A stretch of 64,000 nt of DNA. Origin: Eubacteriales bacterium (GTDB lineage: Bacteria; Bacillota; Clostridia; Oscillospirales; CAG-272). The position numbers and the translations under genes are program-made. The stretch is from the NCBI GenBank assembly GCA_045651165.1, contig JAZRRX010000058.1, forward strand, positions 3,879 to 67,878, read 5' to 3'. This document shows positions 21,166 through 30,577 of the stretch, piece after piece. Within the stretch, counting starts at the first letter, position 1. Each line of letters opens with the position of its first letter. The notes under the pieces were generated by a model. It did not search any database and had not been told where the DNA came from. It saw only the letters and a program-made list of their open reading frames with translations.

Positions 21166-21861
21166 TTATTCAAGTATTTCGAACTTATAACCAACACCCC
21201 AAACAGTTTTAAGTACCCATTTTTCACTAACACCTTCAAGCTTTTCACGAAGGCGTTTAACGTGTACGTCAACTGTTCTTGAGTCTCCGAGATAGTCAAA
21301 TCCCCAAACCTTGTCAAGAAGTTGGTCGCGAGTGAAGACACGATTTCTATTATAGGCAAGGAAATAGAGAAGCTCCAATTCCTTTGGTGGAACGTCAACG
21401 GATTTTCCACAGAGTTTTAATTCATATTTTTGAAGACTAATTTCAATATTTTCAAACTTGATAATCTCATTATCATTCTTTGGCGCACTATGTGAACGAG
21501 TACGACGAAGTACTGCTTTAACTCTTGCAGAGAGCTCCTTGATGTCAAATGGCTTAACAACGTAATCGTCTGCGCCAAGTTCAAGGCCAAGTACTTTATC
21601 AAAAGTGTCGCTTTTGGAACTAATCATAATTATGGGCTTGTTAGACACTTCGCGAATTTCACGGCAAACCTGCCAACCATCTTTTTTAGGAAGCATAATG
21701 TCAAGCAGAACTATATCGGGGTCATAGAGTTTAAAACTATCTATTCCAGAAATTCCGTCGTTAACTGCCTTTATTTCATAACCTTCTTTTTCAAAATAAT
21801 TTTTAAGTGTTTCGCACATTGCAAGATCGTTGTCAATAACCAAAATTTTAGTATCTAACAT
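21166..21861 (-). CDS. OmpR/PhoB-family response regulator (no adjacent kinase)
   Basis: VLLDIMLPKKDG, GADDYVVKPF, RTVDVHVKRLREK, TVWGVGYK; GGAGG RBS. Confidence 0.92.
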   Translation of the reverse strand: MLDTKILVIDNDLAMCETLKNYFEKEGYEIKAVNDGISGIDSFKLYDPDIVLLDIMLPKKDGWQVCREIREVSNKPIIMISSKSDTFDKVLGLELGADDYVVKPFDIKELSARVKAVLRRTRSHSAPKNDNEIIKFENIEISLQKYELKLCGKSVDVPPKELELLYFLAYNRNRVFTRDQLLDKVWGFDYLGDSRTVDVHVKRLREKLEGVSEKWVLKTVWGVGYKFEILE

Positions 21862-22134
21862 TAATAATACCTCCGCGGGGAATTGATTTATCTAAAAGCA
21901 GTTTGTCTAATTTATAACAATATTTGTTCTGCTATTCAAAAACCAAAAATAATATTTTTATTAATTTTTTGAGCAAAATTTTACAAATGTTGACAAAAAG
22001 AGAACAAATTTTGAACCAATTGTTATGTTCATAAAAAATTATAACACAAATCGATTCAAATTGCAACAATTATTTGCAAAAAAGTGAGAAGATTGTTAAA
22101 AAATTATAAAGTTAACAATTTTTTCGTTTGAAAA

Positions 22135-22168
22135 TAAAAAATGCACCAAGCAAATTGCTTGGTGCATT
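22135..22168 (-). terminator. Terminator after fucO
   Basis: AATGCACCAAGCA-AAT-TGCTTGGTGCATT with an A tract on the + side. Confidence 0.75.
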
Positions 22169-22184
22169 ATGTATTTAATTAAAA

Positions 22185-23330
22185 TTACATGAGCTTAAGA
22201 TAAAGTTCTTTGATTTCTTCAACACTTGTTGCTCTGGGGTTACCAGGACGGCAAGCATCGTCAAATGCGGACTGTGCAAGGAAGTCAAGATCCTCGGGTT
22301 TTACGATTGCCTTAAGGTCTGTGGGGATTCCTACATCAACAGAGAGCTGCTTAACTGCTGCGATTGCTGCTGCTCTTGCTTCTTCAAGAGTCATAGCATC
22401 AACACCGCAAACGCCCATTGCCTTTGCGATATCTCTATACTTTTCACCTGTAGCAGGTGCGTTGTATTCCATAACTGTAGGAAGGATAATTGCATTAGCA
22501 ACACCGTGGGGTGTATCGTAAAGAGCGCCAAGGGGGTGAGCCATGGAGTGAACGATACCAAGACCTACGTTAGAGAAGCCCATGCCTGCGATGTACTGAC
22601 CAAGAGCCATACCTTCACGGCCTTCGGGAGTGTTGTCAACTGCACCACGAATATGCTTTGCGATAAGTTCAATAGCTTTGATGTGGAACATATCGCTCAT
22701 TTCCCAAGCGCCACCTGTGATGTAGCCTTCGATTGCGTGTGTAAGAGCGTCCATACCTGTAGCAGCTGTAAGACCGCGGGGCATAGAAGCCATCATATCG
22801 GGGTCAACTACTGCAACAACGGGGATGTCGTGAACGTCAACACAAACCATTTTTCTATTCTTTTCGGCGTCTGTAATTACATAGTTGATTGTAACTTCAG
22901 CAGCAGTACCAGCAGTTGTGGGAACTGCGATAATGGGTGTGCATTTGTTTTTTGTGGGAGCAACGCCTTCAAGAGAGCGAACGTCTGCAAATTCAGGGTT
23001 TTCGATGATGATACCGATTGCTTTTGCAGTGTCCATAGAAGAACCACCACCGATTGCAACGATACAGTCAGCGCCACTTACCTTGAATGCTTCAACGCCT
23101 GTCTGAACGTTTTCAATTGTTGGGTTGGGTTTGATGTTTGAATAGATGTCGTATGCGATTGACGCGCCATCAAGAATATCAGTTACCTTCTTTGTAACAC
23201 CAAACTTGATAAGGTCGGGGTCGGAGCATACAAATGCTTTTTTAAATCCACGAGCCTTAATTTCAGTTGCGATTTCTGCAATTACGCCTTTGCCGTGGTA
23301 GGATGTTTCGTTAAGAACAAATCTTGCCAT
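22185..23330 (-). CDS. fucO: Lactaldehyde reductase (iron-containing alcohol dehydrogenase)
   Basis: MARFVLNETSYHGKG, GGGSSMDTAK, PTTAGTAAE, DALTHAIEG, HSMAHPLGA, DACRPGNPR. Confidence 0.88.
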   Translation of the reverse strand: MARFVLNETSYHGKGVIAEIATEIKARGFKKAFVCSDPDLIKFGVTKKVTDILDGASIAYDIYSNIKPNPTIENVQTGVEAFKVSGADCIVAIGGGSSMDTAKAIGIIIENPEFADVRSLEGVAPTKNKCTPIIAVPTTAGTAAEVTINYVITDAEKNRKMVCVDVHDIPVVAVVDPDMMASMPRGLTAATGMDALTHAIEGYITGGAWEMSDMFHIKAIELIAKHIRGAVDNTPEGREGMALGQYIAGMGFSNVGLGIVHSMAHPLGALYDTPHGVANAIILPTVMEYNAPATGEKYRDIAKAMGVCGVDAMTLEEARAAAIAAVKQLSVDVGIPTDLKAIVKPEDLDFLAQSAFDDACRPGNPRATSVEEIKELYLKLM

Positions 23331-23387
23331 AATAAATCTCCTTTAAATATAAAATAGTTTGTTATTTATTTGTCAAACTTTACAAAT

Positions 23388-23416
23388 ATTATACAACAAT
23401 TTTTCTAATTTGTCAA
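23388..23416 (-). promoter_or_regulatory. SigA promoter for fucO
   Basis: Minus strand TTGACA (23416-23411), 17 bp, TATAAT (23393-23388). Confidence 0.8.
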
Positions 23417-23443
23417 TCAGTAAAATGAATAAAAATAATATTA

Positions 23444-23472
23444 TTGATTTTGTTAACAAAAGGTGATATAAT
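23444..23472 (+). promoter_or_regulatory. SigA promoter for nitroreductase-pcp, with a palindrome in the spacer
   Basis: TTGATT, 17 bp, TGaTATAAT; TTTTGTTAACAAAA at 23448-23461. Confidence 0.65.
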
Positions 23473-23500
23473 GATAAAAATGAAAATTAAGGAGAAATTT

Positions 23501-24028
23501 ATGAATACATTGGATGCTATTTTATCAAGAAAATCAACAAGAGCGTATACGGGTGAGAGAATACCACAAGAGGCTCTTGAAACTATACTTAAGGCAGCTT
23601 TTGCTTCACCCGTTGCAATGGCGCAATATGAAGCGTTGCACATCACGGTTATTGAGAGTGAGGATATGATTAAAGAAATTAATGAACTCGCTGCTAAAAT
23701 GTTTTTTGCGAAGATGGGAATTAAAAAAGATACTGATTTTGGTGCAAAAACCATGGTGATGGTTTCTATCACACCTTCAATTTTGTCACATGAAATGGAA
23801 TGCATTAATGCAGGTATTGTGGTTGAAAATATGGTGCTTGCGGCAACCGATATGGGAATTGACAGTGTTATACTTGGTGGCGCACCTGCTATTGTCTCTC
23901 AATCCCCCGACCTTATGAAAAGACTCGGTATTCCCGAAGGATTTTCACCCGTCCTTGGTGCTTTGTTTGGCTATGCCGTGGAAGAAGCACCTGCAAAGGT
24001 ACACACAATTTCAGTGAATAGAGTATAA
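23501..24028 (+). CDS. Nitroreductase family protein
   Basis: LDAILSRKSTRAY, ENMVLAATDMGIDSV, LRLGIP-like C-terminus; AAGGAG RBS. Confidence 0.85.
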   Translation: MNTLDAILSRKSTRAYTGERIPQEALETILKAAFASPVAMAQYEALHITVIESEDMIKEINELAAKMFFAKMGIKKDTDFGAKTMVMVSITPSILSHEMECINAGIVVENMVLAATDMGIDSVILGGAPAIVSQSPDLMKRLGIPEGFSPVLGALFGYAVEEAPAKVHTISVNRV

Positions 24029-24037
24029 GGTAAAACA

Positions 24038-24619
24038 ATGAGAAAGATTTTGATAACTGGATTTGAACCCTTTGGTGGTGAGCAAATAAATCCATCATGG
24101 GAGGCAGTTAATCGATTGCCAAATCAGATAAATGAATATGAAGTCACAAAACTGTGTATTCCTGTCGCGTTTTCTGATGCTGCTAAAATTGTGTTAGAAA
24201 AGGCAGATGAGATTTGCCCTGATGCTATTCTTTGTGTCGGTCAAGCAGGGGGCAGGGGTGCGATTACACCTGAACTTGTGGGAATAAATCTTCGAAACGC
24301 TTCAATTCCCGACAACAATGGTAATCTGCCGAAGGACGAACCAATTATTGAGGGTGGTGATTGTGCATTCTTTTCAACTTTGCCTGTTAGAAAAATAGCA
24401 CAGGTGATAAATGATGCAGGTATAAGCGCGCACATATCCTATTCTGCCGGTGCATACGTTTGTAACGACGTGCTTTACACCTTGTTGGCACGTTTCAATA
24501 AGAGCGAAACAAGAGTTGCTTTTATACACGTGCCATATATTAAAGAGCAGAATAAAGAGCCATCGATGAGCTTGGATGATTTGATTCGGGGACTTGTCAT
24601 TGCAATTGAAAACATTTAA
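24038..24619 (+). CDS. pcp: Pyroglutamyl-peptidase I
   Basis: ILITGFEPFGGEQINPSW, GQAGGR, SAGAYVCN, FIHVP. Confidence 0.93.
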   Translation: MRKILITGFEPFGGEQINPSWEAVNRLPNQINEYEVTKLCIPVAFSDAAKIVLEKADEICPDAILCVGQAGGRGAITPELVGINLRNASIPDNNGNLPKDEPIIEGGDCAFFSTLPVRKIAQVINDAGISAHISYSAGAYVCNDVLYTLLARFNKSETRVAFIHVPYIKEQNKEPSMSLDDLIRGLVIAIENI

Positions 24620-24621
24620 TC

Positions 24622-24652
24622 AAAAGGAACGAGCAAAAAGTTCGTTCCTTTT
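24622..24652 (+). terminator. Intrinsic terminator
   Basis: AAAAGGAACGA / TCGTTCCTTTT. Confidence 0.75.
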
Positions 24653-24811
24653 ACTTATATGAAGAAAATTTGTTGTGATAGCAAGAAAATGAAAAAGGGC
24701 TATTGAAAAAAAAGAGTCAATGTGATATAATAAAGTGTTAAATAATAAAATGGGGTAAAATTGGGGCAAATAAACCCATTTGCCTTGAAAATAAAGGAGA
24801 TTTAAAGAATT

Positions 24812-25906
24812 ATGAAATTAGGTATAGTGGGACTTCCCAACGTGGGAAAGAGTACCTTGTTTAATGCATTGACAAACGCAGGAGCAGAATCTGCAAACTA
24901 TCCATTCTGCACTATCGAGCCCAATGTTGGAATTGTTGCAGTGCCTGACTACCGTCTTGATGTTTTGGCAGAAATGTATAATCCTGAAAAATTCACACCC
25001 GCGGTTATTGAATTTGTTGATATAGCAGGTCTTGTTAAGGGAGCATCAAAGGGTGAAGGACTTGGAAACAAGTTCCTTGATAACATTCGTCAGGTTGACG
25101 CTATTGTACACGTTGTTCGTTGCTTTGAAGATGATAACATTATTCACGTTGACGGAAATATCAATCCCATTCGCGACCTTGAAACTATAAATCTTGAACT
25201 TATTTTTTCTGATATGGAGATTCTTGAACGCCGTATCGATAGAGTTAAAAAGGCGATGAAGGGTGACAAAACACTTGCCGCTACTGTTGAACTTCTTGAA
25301 AGAATTCATGCAACTCTTGAAGAGGGCAAATGCGCGCGTACAATGGATCTTGATGCAGACGAGCTTGAACTTCTTGGTGATACACAGCTTCTCACAATGA
25401 AGCCTGTTATCTACGTTGCAAACGTAAGTGAAGATGAAGCAGACCACGAGCCGACAGAAAACGCTCTTTATTGCGAGCTCAAAGAATTTGCATCTGCAGA
25501 GCATTCTGAAATCATTGCAATTTGCGCTCAGATTGAAGCGGAAATCAGCGAACTTGATGCAGAAGAAAAGAAAATGTTCCTTGAGGATATGGGTATTGCA
25601 GAAAGTGGTCTTGACCGTCTTATTAAGGCAAGCTACTCACTTTTGGGGCTTATTTCATATCTTACAGCAGGTCCTAAAGAGGTTCGCGCTTGGACAATTA
25701 CAAAGGGAATGAAAGCACCTCAGGCGGCAGGTAAAATCCATAGCGACTTTGAGCGCGGATTTATTAGAGCAGAGGTTGTTGACTTTGATGTTCTCACAAA
25801 GCTTGGCTCAATGGCAGCCGTTAAGGATGCAGGACTTCTTCGTAGTGAAGGTAAGGAATACGTTGTTAAAGACGGCGATATCGTACTCTTTAGATTTAAT
25901 GTTTAA
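24812..25906 (+). CDS. ychF: Ribosome-binding ATPase YchF
   Basis: [57 protein letters not shown]. Confidence 0.97.
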   Translation: MKLGIVGLPNVGKSTLFNALTNAGAESANYPFCTIEPNVGIVAVPDYRLDVLAEMYNPEKFTPAVIEFVDIAGLVKGASKGEGLGNKFLDNIRQVDAIVHVVRCFEDDNIIHVDGNINPIRDLETINLELIFSDMEILERRIDRVKKAMKGDKTLAATVELLERIHATLEEGKCARTMDLDADELELLGDTQLLTMKPVIYVANVSEDEADHEPTENALYCELKEFASAEHSEIIAICAQIEAEISELDAEEKKMFLEDMGIAESGLDRLIKASYSLLGLISYLTAGPKEVRAWTITKGMKAPQAAGKIHSDFERGFIRAEVVDFDVLTKLGSMAAVKDAGLLRSEGKEYVVKDGDIVLFRFNV

Positions 25907-25919
25907 TTAGAAACAAAAA

Positions 25920-25946
25920 TGCCTGTTGGCATAAAGCCAACAGGCA
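25920..25946. terminator. Hairpin between convergent genes
   Basis: TGCCTGTTGGC-ATAAA-GCCAACAGGCA. Confidence 0.7.
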
Positions 25947-25961
25947 AATTAAATATTCAAA

Positions 25962-26666
25962 TTATTTTTTACCTCTTTCAAATGTAACTTCTTCGTAGAA
26001 GATAGCCATAGATGTTTCAAGGTAGGGATAAGCCCAAAATGCGCCAATTCCCACAAATGCCAAGCCAACGATAAACCAACCGATATGGCTTAATTGAAGC
26101 TTAAACAATCTCCAACGGTTGCCTTCCATAAGGCGTTCACTTTCGTCAAAGCACTGTTTCCATCTGTAATCGGGGTGATCTCTCTTAACGTGGAACACCA
26201 AAGCATAAGAATATGCAATATATATACCTGGAATAACGAAGAACAATGACCAAAGAGCAATTTGGAGAGTGTACATAATTCCAAGAATAATGTTAGCAGC
26301 AAAGTTTCTAAATCCGTAGAAGAATTTGCCAATATTGATTTTTTGATCACGTCTTACGAAATCTACGTAAACTGCTGCGATACCAACGTTAAGTGGACCT
26401 GCAATACCAAAGAAGATAAGAGCTGCGGCACCGTATACTAAAACTAAAATAAGGTATCCTAAAATTTTTGATTCGAGGTCAGCTGTAAGCGTGAGCAATA
26501 TAGTAGAAATGCTTAACGCCATACCACCCAACAATTTACCGAGTATGGTGTTGATAAGGGACATCAACATAAAAACGAAAGCGCCCTTTATCCAGTCCCA
26601 ACCAAAAATATTATCATCGAGCAAATGACGAGCTCTTGCACGAATTTGAGAATTTTTCATATTCAT
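25962..26666 (-). CDS. DUF975 family membrane protein (copy 1)
   Basis: IRARAR start, LFFVIPGIYIAYSY, SERLMEGNRWRLFKLQLS; GGAGG RBS. Confidence 0.8.
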   Translation of the reverse strand: MNMKNSQIRARARHLLDDNIFGWDWIKGAFVFMLMSLINTILGKLLGGMALSISTILLTLTADLESKILGYLILVLVYGAAALIFFGIAGPLNVGIAAVYVDFVRRDQKINIGKFFYGFRNFAANIILGIMYTLQIALWSLFFVIPGIYIAYSYALVFHVKRDHPDYRWKQCFDESERLMEGNRWRLFKLQLSHIGWFIVGLAFVGIGAFWAYPYLETSMAIFYEEVTFERGKK

Positions 26667-26769
26667 GAAATTGCCTCCAAAAAACAATTATAATACTATA
26701 GAACAATTATAATGCTTTTTTGTAGAATTGTCAAGGTGTATTTGCTATTTTTATACAAATAATTAAAAA

Positions 26770-26796
26770 TAATCTGCCAAGCTTGTTGGCAGATTA
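26770..26796. terminator. Hairpin between the DUF975 paralogs
   Basis: TAATCTGCCAA-GCTTG-TTGGCAGATTA. Confidence 0.6.
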
Positions 26797-26815
26797 AGAA
26801 AAGATACTACATCAT

Positions 26816-27418
26816 TTATGCATACATTCTGCTATTTTTTAGTTCTTGATAAAATATAGCAGTAGCTATTTGTTGATAGGTGTTTACCCATAAAAAACCT
26901 ATTCCTAAAGTAAAAAGTGAGAGGAATGCCCAACCAATAAAGCTCAAATGAAGCATAAAAAGTTTCATTTTATAGCCCCTCATCATTATTTCACTTTCCG
27001 TGAGGCATTCGCGCCAGGTATATTCGGGATTATCTGCTTTTATATAATATGCAAGTGCATAGCTATATGATTTTATGATACCTGGAATGATGAGCAAAAG
27101 CGTCCACAATGTTATAATTAGTGTGTGCATAACACCAAGAACAAGATTTGAACCAAAGTCATCGCAACCGTCAAATACTGTTGAAAATTTTATATCAACA
27201 TATCCATTTGATACTTTTAAATATGACTTATATAAACCAACATACAAAGGACCGCACAAAAGAAGTGTTCCAAGCCCTATGCAAAGATAATTTGCTGCAT
27301 TTAAAATTAAAGATACAACAACCGACATGGCAATCAACAAAATAAATTGCTTACTAAAAAGACTGTAACCAAGTGCCATGCGTGCTTTGGCACGAATCTC
27401 TGAATTTGAAATATACAT
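26816..27418 (-). CDS. DUF975 family membrane protein (copy 2)
   Basis: IRAKAR start, LLLIIPGIIKSYSY, SEIMMRGYKMKLFMLHLSFIGW. Confidence 0.82.
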   Translation of the reverse strand: MYISNSEIRAKARMALGYSLFSKQFILLIAMSVVVSLILNAANYLCIGLGTLLLCGPLYVGLYKSYLKVSNGYVDIKFSTVFDGCDDFGSNLVLGVMHTLIITLWTLLLIIPGIIKSYSYALAYYIKADNPEYTWRECLTESEIMMRGYKMKLFMLHLSFIGWAFLSLFTLGIGFLWVNTYQQIATAIFYQELKNSRMYA

Positions 27419-27514
27419 AAAATAATTCTCCCTAATTGTTTTATGATGATATGATACATTATTTTTATAAATTTGTCAATAATATTGCCTTAAATTAGAA
27501 AGGAAATTACATAT

Positions 27515-28162
27515 ATGAGAATGAGAAAGAAAAAACACGGAGCTGAAAGAATTGAGGCATGTGCTCATTTGCTTATAACTCCCAATGAGGAATTCAAAGC
27601 GGATGTGCAGTCCGTATTTGCAGAAAAAAGACCAATTCACCTTGAAATTGGATGTGGTAAGGGTAATTTTGCCGTGGGAATGAGTGCACAGCACCACGAT
27701 ATAAACTTTATTGCTATGGAGAAAATTGCAGACGTTGCCTGTCTTGCGCTCGAAAAAGCAGAGAGAGCAAAAGATGAGCGTCCCGACAATCTTCGTTTTA
27801 TCATTGGTGATGCGAAAAATCTTATTGAATATTTTCCTGAGCATAGTATCGATTGCATCTATCTTAATTTTAGTGATCCATGGCCTAAGGCTGGACATAC
27901 AAAGCGCCGTCTTACATATCATACATTTCTTGAAATTTATAAAACCTTGCTTAAAGAAGAGGGAATACTAAAACTCAAGACCGATAATGAGGGACTTTTT
28001 GACTTTTCTCTTGAAGAATTTGAGGCATTTGGACTCAAATTTGAGTTCGTAACACGCGATTTGCATAATTCTGAAAAAAATATGGGCAACGTTATGACTG
28101 AATACGAGAAGAATTTCTCTGATAAAGGTCAGCCCATCTATTCGGCACACGTTAGATTTTGA
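27515..28162 (+). CDS. trmB: tRNA (guanine46-N7)-methyltransferase
   Basis: MRMRKK, LEIGCGKG, YLNFSDPWPK, KTDN, MTEYE. Confidence 0.95.
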   Translation: MRMRKKKHGAERIEACAHLLITPNEEFKADVQSVFAEKRPIHLEIGCGKGNFAVGMSAQHHDINFIAMEKIADVACLALEKAERAKDERPDNLRFIIGDAKNLIEYFPEHSIDCIYLNFSDPWPKAGHTKRRLTYHTFLEIYKTLLKEEGILKLKTDNEGLFDFSLEEFEAFGLKFEFVTRDLHNSEKNMGNVMTEYEKNFSDKGQPIYSAHVRF

Positions 28163-28171
28163 GGAAAAAGT

Positions 28172-29092
28172 ATGAGTGAAAATAGAAAAGAGCCCAATGG
28201 CGTTTTGATAGTTAATAAACCTAAAGGAATAACCTCTCATGACGTTGTTGGCAAGATAAGAAAGTTATACGGCACTCGCAAGGTGGGGCACACGGGAACA
28301 CTTGATCCTCTTGCAACGGGTGTTTTAGTGATTTTATTAGGACGTGCTGCAAAGGCTGCAGAGTATCTTGTTGCCGATAGAAAGACATATATTGCGCGTT
28401 TGACACTCGGATTGACTACTGATACCGAGGATATCACGGGCAAGGTATTAACACAAACTAATGATATGCCGAATACTGACGAGGTTATTCGTGCTTGTGG
28501 CGAATTTGTTGGTAAAATTAAGCAAATTCCACCTATGTATAGCGCACTTAAGGTTGACGGAAAGAAACTCTATGATCTGGCACGTGAGGGGATTGAGGTT
28601 GAAAGAAAGGCGAGAGATATTGAAATTTTCCGTCTTGACGTAACTCCTACCGACAAGGCGAACGAATATGAATTGCTTGTTGAGTGCTCATCGGGTACGT
28701 ATATTAGAACACTTTGTGCCGACATTGGTGCTCGTCTTTCGTGCGGTGGTGTAATGAGTGCTTTGCATAGAGTTGTTGCCGGTGGATTTGATATTGAAAA
28801 TTCACACACACTTGAAGAGCTTGAGGGTATGGATATTGAGGCAAGATATAATCTTCTCGCACCAACAGAATCATTATTTTCTAATTTTGAGATGGTTAAA
28901 TTGCCCACATTTTACGAAAAGCTTTGCCGAAGCGGATGCGAAATTTATCAAAATAAGATAAAAACCAACATTGAAGTTGGCACACGTGTGCGTCTTTGCA
29001 CACAAAAAGGCGAATTTTTTGCTTTGGGTGAGGTTCGTGAGTACGAAAACGGCACGGCAATTAAGGCGATTAAGACGTTTAGTTTGGAATAA
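28172..29092 (+). CDS. truB: tRNA pseudouridine55 synthase
   Basis: NKPKGITSHDVV, KVGHTGTLDPLATGVL, PPMYSALK, CSSGTYIRTL. Confidence 0.96.
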   Translation: MSENRKEPNGVLIVNKPKGITSHDVVGKIRKLYGTRKVGHTGTLDPLATGVLVILLGRAAKAAEYLVADRKTYIARLTLGLTTDTEDITGKVLTQTNDMPNTDEVIRACGEFVGKIKQIPPMYSALKVDGKKLYDLAREGIEVERKARDIEIFRLDVTPTDKANEYELLVECSSGTYIRTLCADIGARLSCGGVMSALHRVVAGGFDIENSHTLEELEGMDIEARYNLLAPTESLFSNFEMVKLPTFYEKLCRSGCEIYQNKIKTNIEVGTRVRLCTQKGEFFALGEVREYENGTAIKAIKTFSLE

Positions 29093-29094
29093 AT

Positions 29095-29130
29095 AAAAAC
29101 CACGCAAGAAAAATGCTTGCGTGGTTTTTT
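29095..29130. terminator. Bidirectional terminator
   Basis: AAAAACCACGCAAG / CTTGCGTGGTTTTT. Confidence 0.8.
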
Positions 29131-29140
29131 ATTGTACAAA

Positions 29141-29461
29141 TTAAATCGATTTTAACAAATCCTCAACTTGTTTTACAGACAACACTTTGCCCATTGAAAT
29201 TACCTTTTTGTTTGCCACTATGGCGGGCATGCTCATAACACTGTATTCCATAATTTTTGCAAGGTCGGTGATGTAGTCAACTTCAAGGTTAAGTTCAAGG
29301 TTTTTTACGGCTGCTTGTACATTTGCATATTGCTGATGACAAGATTTACATCCTGTACCGAGCACTTTGATAGACGTGATTGTGTCAATTTTAATAGAAG
29401 AACAGCTTTCTGATTTTATCGCGTTATCGCAACAACAATTTTTCTTTTTGAATAATGACAT
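29141..29461 (-). CDS. Small thioredoxin-like redox-active disulfide protein
   Basis: IKVLGTGCKSC, YSVMSMPAIV; N-terminal CCC. Confidence 0.8.
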   Translation of the reverse strand: MSLFKKKNCCCDNAIKSESCSSIKIDTITSIKVLGTGCKSCHQQYANVQAAVKNLELNLEVDYITDLAKIMEYSVMSMPAIVANKKVISMGKVLSVKQVEDLLKSI

Positions 29462-29477
29462 TTTATTTTACCTCCGT

Positions 29478-30482
29478 TTAAATAATTAAGGGTTGAATTA
29501 AATTAAAGAAATATCCTACAAGGATAATTCCTACAGTACAAATTGTGATGAAAGTTATGATTAGCTTAGGTTTTACCGTCTTGCGAAGCATAATTATGGA
29601 TGGTAACGAAAGGGTAGTAACCCCCATCATAAATGAGAGTACAACTCCGAGAAGAGCACCCTTTGAAAGTAGCGCCTCGGCAATCGGTATAGTGCCAAAT
29701 ATGTCGGCATACATTGGCATCCCTGCAATAGTAGCGAGGATAACACCCAAGGGGTTGTTGTTACCTAGTGCGCTAACTATCCATTCTTCTGGTATCCAAT
29801 TATGAATAACTGCACCGATACCTACACCAACGAGAACGTATGGCAATACCTTTTTAGCGGTGGATAGCACCTGCTCCCAAGCGTATTTGATACGGTTTTT
29901 GAAGCGGAGCTTTTCTTGCTCGACTTCAAGGTTCTTTGCATTTTTTATAAAATTCTCCACTTGATTTTCAAGGTGGAGATTTTCTATCAGCGTACCGCCG
30001 AGTACGGCAATCACAAGACCGAATAGCACGTAAAGTACGGCAACCTGCCATCCGAAAATGCTAATTAGAAGCACAAGGCTGCCGAGATCTACCATCGGAG
30101 AGGAAATAAGGAAAGAGAACGTAACGCCAAGCGAAAGCCCCGAACTCGTGAATCCGATGAATAGCGGAATAGACGAGCAAGAGCAGAACGGTGTGACCGT
30201 GCCGAGCAAAGCACCGATGATGTTCGCACCAATGCCGTGAAATCTTCCAAGTATCTTTTTCGTTCTTTCGGGTGGGAAATAACTTTGGATATACGATATG
30301 ACGAAGATCAAAAATCCAAGAAGGACGAATATCTTGATCACATCGTAAATGAAGAACTGAATACTGCCGCCAATACGGCTTGTTATGTCCAAGCCGCAAA
30401 GAGAAAGAAGCTCTCCGATCAGCTCATTCAACCATTTCATGCCGAGAATTTGGTTCTGTATGAAATCCCATACTTGTTGCAT
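29478..30482 (-). CDS. ArsP/DUF318-type permease
   Basis: TPFCSCSSIP, FLISSPMVD, PMYADIFGTIP; multiple hydrophobic helices; GGAGG RBS. Confidence 0.82.
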   Translation of the reverse strand: MQQVWDFIQNQILGMKWLNELIGELLSLCGLDITSRIGGSIQFFIYDVIKIFVLLGFLIFVISYIQSYFPPERTKKILGRFHGIGANIIGALLGTVTPFCSCSSIPLFIGFTSSGLSLGVTFSFLISSPMVDLGSLVLLISIFGWQVAVLYVLFGLVIAVLGGTLIENLHLENQVENFIKNAKNLEVEQEKLRFKNRIKYAWEQVLSTAKKVLPYVLVGVGIGAVIHNWIPEEWIVSALGNNNPLGVILATIAGMPMYADIFGTIPIAEALLSKGALLGVVLSFMMGVTTLSLPSIIMLRKTVKPKLIITFITICTVGIILVGYFFNLIQPLII

Positions 30483-30503
30483 AATGTACCTCCAATTACA
30501 TTT

Positions 30504-30529
30504 ATATATCTATATGTATCAATGTGTTG
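30504..30529. repeat. 26-bp repeat, copy 1 (likely ArsR operator upstream of the permease)
   Basis: ATATATCTATATGTATCAATGTGTTG; 23/26 identical to the reverse complement of 30916-30941. Confidence 0.7.
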
Positions 30530-30577
30530 CTTTTGTTTATAGGTCAGCACGTAACGCACTGACCTTATAAGCCAATA

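Noticed and set aside
22032-22109. 13-bp direct repeat TAAAAAATTATAA and a TTGTTAA...TTAACAA pair as a Rex site
   Set aside because: The sequence is pure A/T in a very AT-rich gap, and the arm spacing is 12 nt rather than the 4 nt of a Rex box.
22506-23141. 211-aa + strand ORF
   Set aside because: It is an antisense shadow of fucO with no RBS or motif. The same applies to 45276-45818, 56605-57147 and the many other short overlapping ORFs in the track.
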